Notes under the pieces: model-generated
Seen by the model: only the letters and a program-made list of their open reading frames with translations
What the model was told of the DNA's origin: nothing
Databases searched by the model: none
Translations under genes and position numbers: made by a program
Part shown: positions 50,682 to 64,000 of the stretch, one piece after another
How the letters are laid out: each line of letters opens with the position of its first letter
How positions within the stretch are numbered: position 1 is the first letter of the stretch
NCBI GenBank assembly: GCA_950097015.1
Contig: CATNEN010000005.1
Span: forward strand, 2,418,001 to 2,482,000
From: Macrostomum hystrix
Taxonomy: Eukaryota > Animalia > Platyhelminthes
Length of the DNA stretch: 64,000 nt
Reading direction: 5' to 3'

Positions 50682-53600
50682 GATACATGACGATGACGAT
50701 TGCATTGAAGAATCTACAATGTTTCCATTTATATTGACGGCGGTAGCCAATCTGACACTATCAATAGCATGATTGTTGCCATCGTCAACAGCCATTGGCT
50801 CCGGATTTATTGTTTGTTGGTTGCTAGGCAGTGCTTTCTCGGCGGAGTTGGCGTCACTACTGGACTCATTCGGCGGGTTTATATCAGCGACTGGCGGCTC
50901 GACTTTTTCTTCTTTGACAACTGGCGTTTGAGGCTGCGGCTCAGATTCGGCTGCGTCAGTTCCAGTTGCTGACTGCAACGACTGCGGCGGCGGAGGGGGC
51001 GGCGGTGGAACAGGTTCCGGCGACACTGGCGGCCTGATAGTGAAAGGAGTCTTGCGAAATTGCAGCTGATGCGATAGGAAATCCATGCGCTGATGCAGGA
51101 CTGCGTCTAGGATAAACGATTCGGCCTGGACAGCTGTCAATGGAGATGGTTGTAGGGAATCTAATTGAAATTTTCGATACATATTGGCTAAATATTTAAC
51201 GCAGGGATATATTTATAAACAATTTGAACTGTTTTATTTACTTATTTTGATACGAATTAGCAAATCTTTTTTAAACAAAAGTACAGCTTACGAGTATTTC
51301 CAAATATAGATGCGGACTCACTGTCTTTCAACATAACGTAATTTTTACACTACGTTATATATCGCCCATTCACTGACTTGGAAAATGTAATCATTTTTTC
51401 GATACATATCGGCTTCCTAAAAACCGGCACTTACCTAATCGGCCGTACTTGCCACGCAGCAAATAGTGCACACAGTGGCAATCCTCCTCTGTGCCAATAA
51501 ACAGATGCTTTGGCGCAGAATCGAAGCACTGATCAATGCCGGGCAGACGATCGATGATGTGTCCGCCATTCAGGTTGATCAGCTTCTTAATGAGATCATC
51601 TCGCAAGCCGACACCGCAGCCGCCGCAGGTTGGGCCCAGACAGAAAGTGTAGCCGGAGAATAGCTTGCGTTGGCGAGACAATTCTAGCACTGAGGCTAGC
51701 GAACCAATGCCTAATTGTTCTTCGGCGTTGCGATCAACTAGAGCAAACGAATCGGGTTGCAGCCAGGCCTTACTACTGGCCGATTCGTTCAACCAATCGG
51801 GTGTTGCAATCGGTACACCAGCTGATATAGCCAGTAACAGTTTAGGCGTAATAGTCAAAGACGGCGTGACCAGTATTTGACACTTCTCAGCTTCGTTGTC
51901 TTTCAATAGGCGGCCAGAGAGGCTTGTGCAGAGCTGCGCGCTAGCCGATCTATCGTCTTTAGATAGGCCGGATACTGATATTAGCAGCGGATCATCCGTG
52001 CCGCGCTGCCACACTGGAGCAGTTGGTGAATCTTGATTGCTACTATCGTTGCTACTGTTAGTAGCGGAGCCAGATTCGAGTCTGGAAATATATTCCGGGA
52101 AGAAAGTTAGTTGTGTGCTTTGTACTTTAAAACGAAGCCAAGTTTACGCTACTTAGCTACTAAGAGTAGCACCCTAGTCTATGGCATAAATTGGCGAAAA
52201 AACCTGCTTTTTGCTTTTTTTCTGGGAAGTGATCTTAATTTTAATTTATCACGAAATGAGATAACTTTTTCAATACATATAGGAAAAAACATACGAATTT
52301 CAATACATATCGGCAGGTAGGCTATGCACAAAAATCAAAATACTAACTTGATTCGTTTTACGGAAGCCTGCGAATCGGACTGCGCATCCTCCAGTTTGCG
52401 CTTTTTTTCGTTACTATTTGACGCCTTGCGATTGTCCAAAGCGGTCTGGAATTTTGACATGGACACATCAAAACAAAAAAATTATAGACGATATGAAGTA
52501 CAAATTTTCATTTTCAACTCACCTGCAACATTTCCGCGCTAACATGCACAGGTGTAGTCCATGGAGCTATAAAAATAAAAAAGAATGCATAGAAGTTATT
52601 CTGCTTTGAGAAATAATTAGGCTAATAGGATTCACAATAACCTACCCATAAGAGACTCTGCGTCTCCCTTAGCCAACGTTAAATCGCAGCTTTTCAAGTC
52701 CCATTGCGTATACCTGGCTGGTACAGGCTTAGCTAGAATGGCAAAACAGCCGCGATAGAGATCGGCTACGAATTTCGAATTTACCACCTGGTTGGTTAGG
52801 ATACAGAAAACTAAATATAAATAAACATATTGTTCATTTTATAGCAAAAATGCGTTTGTGACTACTTACAGCGATGCCAAGAGACCTTGCCTTAGAAGCA
52901 ACATCTGCGTCGCCTTTCTTGCACACCAAAACTGACACAGTAGCGCATAGAACTGGAGAATAGCGAGCTGACAAGCATTTGATCATGTAGTAGAGCTTTA
53001 GCCTCTCATCAACTGTGAAACCATGCATGGCGAAAATCTAAAACAGTATAGTGAGTACACTGCCAATAATACACTGTGAATACACAGGGTAGAATACATG
53101 ATGAGTACAGACCACAGAATACATGATGAGTACAGACCACAGAATACATGATGAGTACAGACCACAGAATACATGATGAGTACAGACCACAGAATACATG
53201 ATGAGTACAGACCACAGAATATATGATAAGTACAGACAACAGAATACATGATGAGTACAGACCACAGAATATATGATGAGTACAGACCACAGAATACATG
53301 ATGAGTACAGACCACAGAATACATGATGAGTACAGACCACAGAATACATGATGAGTACAGACCACAGAATACATGATGAGTACAGACCACAGAATACATG
53401 ATGAGTACAGACCACAGAATACATGATGAGTACAGACCACAGAATACATGATGAGTACAGACCATAGAATACATGATGAGTACAGACCATAGAATACACG
53501 ATGAGTACAGACCATAGAATATATGATGAGTACAGACCATAGAATACACGATGAGTACAGACCATAGAATATATGATGAGTACAGACCACAGAATACATG

Positions 53601-56600
53601 ATGAGTACAGACCACAGAATACATGATGAGTACAGACCATAGAATACATGATGAGTACAGACCATAGAATACATGATGAGTACAGACCATAGAATACATG
53701 ATGAGTACAGACCATAGAATACATGATGAGTACAGACCATAGAATACATGATGAGTACAGACCATAGAATATATGATGAGTACAGACCATAGAATACATG
53801 ATGAGTACAGACCATAGAATATATGATGAGTACAGACCATAGAATATATGATGAGTACAGACCATAGAATACACGATGAGTACAGACCATAGAATACATG
53901 ATGAGTACAGACCATAGAATACATGATGAGTACAGACCATAGAATACACGATGAGTACAGACCATAGAATATATGATGAGTACACATCCTAGAACACACA
54001 ATGAGTACACATCTTAGAACACATAATGAGTACACATCTTAGAACACATAATGAGTACACATCTTAGAACACATAATGAGTACACATCTTAGAACACATA
54101 ATGAGTACACATCCTAGAACACATAATGAGTACACATCCTAGAACACATAATGAGTACACATCTTAGAACACATAATGAGTACACATCCTAGAACACATA
54201 ATGAGTACACATCCTAGAACACATAATGAGTACACATCCTAGAACACATAATGAGTACACATCCTAGAACACATAATGAGTACACATCCTAGAACACATA
54301 ATGAGTACACATCTTAGAACACATAATGAGTACACATCCTAGAACACATAATGAGTACACATCCTAGAACACGTAATGAGTACACATCCTAGAACACATA
54401 ATAAGTACACATCCTAGAACACATAATGAGTACACATTCCAGAATATATAATCAGTATAAATTCTAGAAATACAATGTATATACACATCACAGAATAACA
54501 AAGAATTCATTTCGAACCTGATTGCGACAGAAAGCAGGACAATTACGTCGATCGACAATGCACGGCAGGTGTTGCACTTCAGTAGGCGGCTCCATAGAGC
54601 CTTTACTAATGCAGGCAGCTAACCAATTCATGCTAATTATGCGCTTCTTGTCCTGAAGTGCCTGGAAATGTTATTGGCACAAGATCGCTAAAAATAACGC
54701 AAATAAAAGTTAACGATTAACTGTATCGTATAGAAAAGCATCGTATTTTTTTACCACAAAATATTCATCGCAGGTCAGGCACTCCAATAGTACGTGGGTA
54801 ACCCTCTCAGGACTGTATCGTTTAACAATGACACCGCCGCGAGATTCCACACGCTCTAGCCAGTGTCGCCGATATTTCGGACAATCGCCAAATGCAGGCG
54901 CGAAGAACACGCAGCCAATTAGGCAAAGATCTGTTGGAACTTTGTCTGGACAATCGTGTCCTACGTAAATTGGCTTCGGCGGCTGCGGTGGCGCCTGATG
55001 TGGCTGAGCCTGTTGATGATGCTGCTGATGCTGAGGGAGATGCGCCATGCCAGTCGAAGCCGAAGCAACAGCCGGACCGCCAGCAACAACAACAGCAGTT
55101 GGAGACTTCATAGCAACCGGCGATTGTCCGGGTGGGCCAATCAGAACACCCGCTTGATGCGGCGGATGCTGCATTTGGTGATGATGCTGCTGCTGCTGGT
55201 GATGCTGTTGAACCACAGCCGCGGCTACTGATGGCGGTACTGCCACCGTTGTTCCAGAATGCGGAGTGTGCTGGTGTTGCAGCTGCTGCTGATGATGCTG
55301 TTGCTGCAACTGTTGCTGATGCTGCTGCTGCAACTGACTTTGATGCTGAAACTGCTGGTGATGCTGAACTGCAACAGATACTGGCGATTGTATATGCGGC
55401 GGCATCGGCTGCTGCTGCTGCTGCATCGAAGGATTCAAATGAACAGTTTGAGGCTGATGAAGCTGCTGCTGCTGATGGTGCTGTTGAGCCATTAGCTGGT
55501 GGTGCGTCTGCTGCTGCTGCTGTTGCTGATGATGGTGATGCTGGGCAGCTGTGAGAGTCATTGGCGACGGTGCCGGACCAGCTGTTGCCAACAAGCGCGA
55601 CTGCAAATTCATTGTGGGCGGCGGCAGCTGCGGCTGATGATGATGCCCGACATACTGCTGAGGAGACTGCGGCGGCGGATGCGGTTGTGCTGCGTAGGGG
55701 GCGAACTGCGGCGGCTGCTGCTGTTGCGAATACAGCAGGTGCTGCTGCTGCTGCTGCATATGCGCATGATGATGCTGCAGCTGTTGCTGTTGAAGCTGTT
55801 GTTGCTGATGCTGATGATGAATCGACTGATCAATATGCGGAGCAGGCGCCAGAAAGATACTTTGGGCTACAGTGGGTGGAGGTGCTGGCTGCTGCTGCTG
55901 CTGTTGCTGGGGTTGATGAGACAGAGTTGTCACAGGCGAGGCAGCCACCGCGGATGCCGCCGACACAGCAGCGACAGACGCAGCTGTGGAAGAGCTAACA
56001 GCGGCGCAGCCAGTGACGTTGATACTAACGCAGCTAGCTGGCGATTGCATTGTACTAGGGGAGAATGTTGGCAGTCCCGGAGTGGACATTGGCGACACCT
56101 CCTGCTGCTGATTAGAAGCTGGCTGCAGTAGCATGCCACCGCTAGCGGTTGCGACCGACTGTGCAGTGGTTGGTGCAGCTGTGGTTAGGGCGGCAGTCGC
56201 AGTTGTAGCGGCGGCCGCAGTACTAACTGTAGGAGCTATTTTACCTATTTTACCCTTGCCAGGACTCTTTGGCGAGCGTGTTTTCGATGGCGACTTTGGC
56301 GATCTAGGTGGCTTCTTTGGCTGTTGAAATGGAGGGATTATCATTATTAAGCTATTAGCTAGTGACGGACTTGACTATATCAAGGATGGTTATTAAAAAC
56401 TTTTTACTTCATGCCATGGGGTCGGTGTCCCTGAGTTTGATTCCGCAGCGAGGTCACATTCATTTGGGGCGCAGCCGCGGAGAGAAGGCTTTTCGTGCAA
56501 TTTACATCTTTGTAACCTCCAAATTTTGTGCAAATGTATGTACACTGCCTGTCGATGAGAAAGTCAGGGCATATGTACACACGGTAACACACCTGCGTAC

Positions 56601-59600
56601 AGTATCCTAGCGTGTGTTCTCGGGAGTCAGCGAAATGGGCAGAATTGCGGGTCTAGTGTCAGCAAACGATGTGCCATTGCCCACAACCCTCCTGCAATTA
56701 TTAATAATATTATTATTATACTCAACGCCATGGCTACCAGGCTAGGCTTACCTGCGAAGGTGAAGATTTTGGCGCCGAATCTTTCGGATGCCCCAAATGA
56801 CTGAGAATACTTTTAACATTCTGCTGCACAATGGCATCTTTTTCTTCTTCATTTAATGATTGCTCTTGATGATGTTTGTTAGTTTTAAACTTCTTTTGCT
56901 GCTGCTGCTGTTGCTGCTGCTGAGCCACAGTAAGGCCAACCATCACAGCGGGATTAGAAGAGGAAGTGGCAACACCTGCCGGAGCAGTGCCTACAACAAC
57001 TCCGCCCATAGACATGGAAACTGAGGCGGGTGACATCAGTGTCTGCGGCTGCTGCTGCTGTTGCTGCGATGCCGTTTGAGTTAAACCAATGACGGGAGGA
57101 TTGCCAACTAGTTGCTGCTGCTGCTGTTGCTGCATCTGCGGCTTGGCACCCGCGCCGCTAATCGCTAGACGTTGAAATGTTGGCGACTGCGGCTGCTGCT
57201 GCTGCTGCTGCTGAGCAAGCGGAGCAGCTATACGCATGTGAAATGGCTGCTGTGGCTGTGGCTGCTGCTGCTGTTGCTGCTGAGCTGCAGGAGCAAATCT
57301 AGGCGGCTGGCCAGCTATTTGAGATATTGCAGCCGAAGCAATAGATTGTGGCTGCACACGAACCATATTAGGATTGTGTGTCAGTATGGTCACTTGCTGT
57401 TGTTGCTGCTGTGGTAGCTGCTGCTGCTGCGGTTGTTGCTGTTGACTAGATTGCATTTGCTGCTGCTGCTGCTGCATTTGCAGCGTCTAAGAAAGCAATA
57501 AATATACATAGAATATAGGATTCGTTATTTACTCTAATGATGACATACCCTAAAATTCACTAGCGATAAATTGCATGCATTAACGACTCAAAAAAACCGT
57601 AGCCTATCACACACCTTGAAGGCAATGTGAATTTACGAAATGCTCTTTTTAGGGAATTTTCTGTTTAAAAAATATGCAGTTTAGGGAATGTAGAAGGCTG
57701 ACCTGATGCTGTGCCGATCTCTGCTGAATATTAACAGACACAACTGGTACATTATCAACGTGACTGCCAACGTGAACATCGATGGGCTGAGGACCGCCAG
57801 CTGCTGCGGCGGCGACTGCGGGGCCGAAGCTCAGCATCGCAGCGGCTGAAGCAGATGCACTTGAACCTCCGTTAGCGCCGCCAGTCAAAGCGAAATAAGA
57901 CGAAGCTCGATTCAACCTACTAGGATGATAATCGCTTTCCCTTTGCATAGCGTCGTGCTGAACAGAATCAGTAACCCAGTCTGGCAGTACAACATTTACT
58001 CTAGCCTTTAATTGAGCCAGCTGATCCATTAGCCTACCGCCGCCTTGAGTAGTGACAAAATGGGTCACAGAATTATCTAGGCGACATTTAATTTCGGCAC
58101 CGCGAAAGCTTAACAAAGCGTACAGATGAAACCAGTCCTGACGATTCACTTTGGCTATGAATGCTGTTACGCCGCGAAACAATTTTTTAATGCCAGGATG
58201 AAACCAGTCCATTTGCTGTTGAGATTGTAATTTGCATGACAGTGACACCCATTGCGGCGTGACCACTTTGACGTTGTGCAGATCGGCAGCTTCGGCTACT
58301 TCGTCAGCATCGGGATCATCGCTAACTGCCAGGCTACAACTGGACGTTAGTAAGCCTGTTTTTGTAGCGCCATGACGATCGAGCAGGTCTAGCGCCTAAA
58401 GTAAATTGAAAAAATAAAATAAAATAAAAGTAAATACTTCATTCAAAATATAAGTTTTGCATATCCCTCTGAGACAGCTTTGCTTATAAAAATCTCATTT
58501 AGGAGCACACTTTGTCATTTAGGAAAATGACAAACTATTAAACCAAGGCTTCAATGAAGTGTCACATGTGTCAAGTATCATTTGTGACAACCATTGGGTA
58601 GTTTCTTGACTTAAGAATATATTCTACAAAACTGTATAAATAAGCCATGCTGACAACACATAACTGAGAAATATTAACAAAGCTAAGAATAAATATCATC
58701 TCATGAAGCAATAGCATTATTAAACTACTCAGTTTTCACAATATATCACCCATCCATTTAAATGTTTTAAATCTAAATCAGACTTTCTAAACTTTCTAAA
58801 ACGTAGAACCATTATGTTTCTTTTGTTACTTTGAAAAAGCAATAAGACAAACAGAAACTATTTTTAGGACTCGAGCAATCTTAGCCACTTAAGATAGTCT
58901 TCAGTATATTTTTTTTTCTAATTTATTTTCATTTTGGAAATAAACACATTATTTAAAGCAGATTTCTCAAGATAAAAAATGATATAAATGAACAAGAATT
59001 AAAACTGACAGTAAAAATTTTTATTAAACACTTAGAGTCTTTATGGGTCTATTTAAATACCAAACTGACCATAACAGACAGCAATGGGATTTCAATGGAT
59101 TTCAATGGAGTATAGTAGAACCAAAGAAATAGATTTTTATACTTTATATTAAAATATAGCTTTAAGAGCTTTGCCAAATTTCTTGTTAACATAAAAAAAC
59201 TGCATTTGAAAAAAACTTAAAATAAAAAATGTGTAAACTAATTTGTAATGTAAAACTAGTTACGCTTACCAAACCAATTAAAAAATTAAATATAAAACAA
59301 CACTACTACATTGGTCCACTACATACCACTGCAGTCCTATTGGGATCCTGGACACTTTGTCATCTTACAACTTCGCCATACACTTGGAAATTAGGACACT
59401 TTGTCATCTACTAATAACAAGCAATCAAGTTTGTCATCAATAAAGTGAGGGTGAGGTGGTGGGGCAAAGGTATGAACACACTTCACACTCTAAATTGTCA
59501 AAATGAGGTGTCAAAACTGATTTCATTATAAGAGTTGAAAGATAGGTGCCAACACAATGTGAGGGTAGGGAGTTTTTTAACTTTGAAAACTTAGGTTTTA

Positions 59601-60795
59601 TAGATGACAAAGTGTCCACAAGTCTACGTCTCTTGGTCATCCACCCTCTGAGATATTGGACAGATCGTCATCTGGATGACAAAGTTGTAAGATGACGAAG
59701 TGTCCAGGTACCGTCCTATTGTAGTCATGTCATGACTAGATAGATCAACTTAAGACTTTAGGGTAATGTATCATCAACCAAACAAGAATATGCATTTTTT
59801 TAACTTCAAACCTAAGCTACAGATTTTCTATTTAAGATATCATGATAAATCAAAAGCCAAGTTATAGAAAACAGTTACATCTTTCTAAAAAGTATCTGCT
59901 TTTGCTATTTTGTCAAATAGAAAAAAGTTATTCCTGCTTTTTATCTAAAACCGAACAATGATTTTCATGTATCTTCAAACCAAACAGAGAATTTGATGTT
60001 TGTTTTTACAATTTGAGTGAGTGGTTTAATCTTATTTTAAGGAGTGAACTATCATGAATTATGTCATCTGAAAGCATTTTTCATGCTCTATAAATAACTA
60101 CATTTATGGTCATTTAATTGGCAAGCAACCATATACAATCTTCATCTAAAGTACATACTGAAAAAATGTTGTTAAAAAGTATGCTTTTGCAATAAAAATT
60201 TCTACTGAAACATCAATATCTTTCTTTCCTCTTAATGCTTCATTGCACATCATGCCTCAGCTTGTAGATAATTTCTTCAACTTTCAAATTAGTTGTTCTG
60301 TGAAACACAATAGCTTGCTTCATCTTTCACAAGACCAAGAAAGGAGTCAAAATTATTGTTCAGTTTTGAAGATACACTGTTCGGTTGATGATACATTACC
60401 CTATTATATGCCTAAGCACAAATGTAATACTGCTAATAATGCACTACCACAATAGAATGCACTACCACAATAGATACACTAACACTAATCACTAATCATC
60501 TTCTAATTCAAATAGGTTATACCATTAATATTCATGATATATCTAAATTTAGCTATGCACTACATGTCATAAAATATAACAAATTAAAGCAAACAAACTT
60601 CTAACTTCTAACAAAAGTTATAATACTTAAAAGCATCATGTAATTGAATTCAAGAAAAAGAATTAGGAAATAAATTAGCTACAGTTAGGATTCAGTTCAT
60701 ACACTTACAAGGATTATATGATGGCTTAGACTTACCGATTTGTCAGAACATGCAATAACATAATATCGCATTCCAGCAAACAACTTGTTAGTCAT
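50553..60795 (-). CDS. PAXIP1: PAX-interacting protein 1 (PTIP), six-BRCT protein with a very long Q/H/P-rich linker; 11 coding exons, ~1634 aa
   Basis: Exons 60795-60736, 58395-57703, 57486-56752, 56320-54755, 54661-54518, 53037-52870, 52787-52646, 52566-52523, 52445-52348, 52081-51435, 51160-50553 (TAA); total 4905 nt, phases consistent. BRCT1-2: LFAGMRYYV..|ALDLL..VVTPQWV..LPDWVTDSV..YHPSRL. BRCT3-4: LIGCVF..GGVIV..THVLLE..|ALQDKKRIISMNWL..IFAMHGF. BRCT5-6: ISVSG..TITPKLLLAISAG.PIATPDWL..AESFILDAVLHQRMD. The 2+polyQ+2+2 BRCT layout is that of PTIP. Confidence 0.93.
53091..54450. repeat. Two adjacent related 25-bp minisatellites in a PAXIP1 intron
   Basis: GAATACATGATGAGTACAGACCA(C/T)A (53091-53980, ~36 copies) switches to GAACACATAATGAGTACACATC(C/T)TA (53981-54450, ~19 copies). 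Confidence 0.97.
56418..56720 (+). mobile_element. tRNA-derived SINE, second copy with a deleted head, in PAXIP1 intron 3
   Basis: Shares GATTCCGCAGCGAGG, GCAGCCGCG.AGAGAAGGCT, ACACTGCCTG..GAAAGTCAGGGCA, GTCAGCGAAATGGG, GCGGGTCTAGTGTCA and ATTGCCCACA..CTGCAATTATTA with the 42.9-kb copy. The A-box is lost. Candidate TSD GCCATGG at 56413-56419 and 56727-56733. Confidence 0.85.
59343..59712. mobile_element. 370-bp non-autonomous DNA transposon (MITE) with a 9-bp TSD in PAXIP1 intron 1
   Basis: The left end GGATCCTGGACACTTTGTCATCTTACAACTT matches the reverse complement of the right end, GGTACCTGGACACTTCGTCATCTTACAACTT. Sub-terminal GGACACTTTGTCATC repeats occur on both sides. A perfect direct repeat GTCCTATTG flanks it at 59334-59342 and 59713-59721. 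Confidence 0.88.
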
Positions 60796-61601
60796 TCTTT
60801 GACCCAATGATTTGTTCAATTTAATATATTTAATTTAAGCTTTCAAAATTAGTTAACCAGTTAACCACGACTTAGTAGCTCATTCAATTATGAGTAGGTT
60901 AAAGTGTTTAAACAACTCAACTGTATTCTTGTAGACTAAAATTCTATAAAATAAAGAGTCTTTTAAAAAAAATTTAGCTTAAAAGCTAGAAACCTGAGTG
61001 CCGATCAAATCCTATTCCAAGCAACATTTTGTCCTTAAGCTTTACAAAGGCTTTAACTTTCAGTCCCGACTCCACACGTTGTTGACTTTAGCGAAAAGAC
61101 AAATGGAATAGAATTAAATTCTAAAGACTGCCTCAGAGCAACTTTTTGTTAAAGAAAAAATAAGACAAGGGTAATTTATTTCAATTGTTAGTAAATAAAA
61201 TAAAGAGTTTATGTGACTGTTTATAATCCCTCTCTATATTACTGAATTGCATTTTAATGCGCAAGGTCAAGTTGAATGACAAATTGAAAATTGTTCGAAG
61301 CAAAATCTTATATCGCAGTTAATAATTATAAAAAATAATTTTAATCTTTAAATAATATTTTTAACGCTGTTACACTGTGAGCGAGACGTATTGTAAATAT
61401 ATTTGTTTTACAGCAAGTCATATAAACTCTTAGCTAGTTATAACAAACGTAGTTTACTTTTACTAAAAAAGCACATCGTGTAGTTTTTTGTGTAATTTTT
61501 CTTTGCCTATCATCAAATAACACACAAACTGCTTTTACTACAGGATAAAGTTTATTGCTTTCGAAAGCAACCTTCAAGTTTAAATTCCTGAAGACACTTA
61601 C

Positions 61602-61700
61602 GAGTAAGACCCGCGACGAATAGTAGCCTCCAAGCCGTCGTGTTGGTGTTGAGTGCCATATTAATTTCCCATTTGTCACATTCAGAACTTCATAGCGTCT
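61602..61700 (-). other. Putative non-coding or uORF-bearing 5' exon of PAXIP1
   Basis: A GC-richer island ends in a consensus donor CTC|GTAAGT (intron starts at 61601). A plausible acceptor TTTTGAAAG lies ~48 nt before the PAXIP1 ATG. The 5' boundary is unknown. Confidence 0.4.
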
Positions 61701-61710
61701 TTTTTAAAAC

Positions 61711-64000
<2,290 letters not shown>

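Noticed and set aside
52998-54035. Three overlapping 315-345 aa Cys/Tyr-rich ORFs
   Set aside because: A 25-bp unit cycles through all three frames; the region lies in a PAXIP1 intron.
54892-57417. Plus-strand Leu/Ala-rich ORFs
   Set aside because: They are antisense shadows of the CAG-rich PAXIP1 exons.
59437-59640. 67-aa ORF inside the MITE as a transposase remnant
   Set aside because: It is too short and has no recognisable DDE or zinc-finger motif.

Overview
Eukaryotic (metazoan) genomic DNA; the minisatellite-filled introns and composition suggest an invertebrate such as the flatworm Macrostomum, which is an inference only. Bases 1-27.5 kb are a 44-bp satellite, followed by a ~1-kb unique spacer and an inverted, related 40-bp satellite (28.5-31.2 kb). 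From 33 kb on, I reconstructed three intact minus-strand spliced genes by hand with phase-consistent GT-AG introns: PAXIP1/PTIP (11 coding exons, ~1634 aa), ANKZF1/Vms1 (6 exons, ~806 aa) and a REC8-like kleisin (11 exons, ~759 aa). The 5' end of RUVBL2 starts head-to-head on the plus strand. There are also two copies of a tRNA-derived SINE, one MITE with a 9-bp TSD, and many private minisatellites. Most long ORFs in the supplied track are repeat artefacts. The main unexplained pattern: exons 1-2 of both ANKZF1 and REC8 are bracketed by an intergenic array and an intron-2 array that are reverse-complement homologues, and both genes have a splice acceptor 14-22 nt before the ATG. This suggests a trans-spliced operon and/or array-guided RNA pairing or back-splicing, which is untested.
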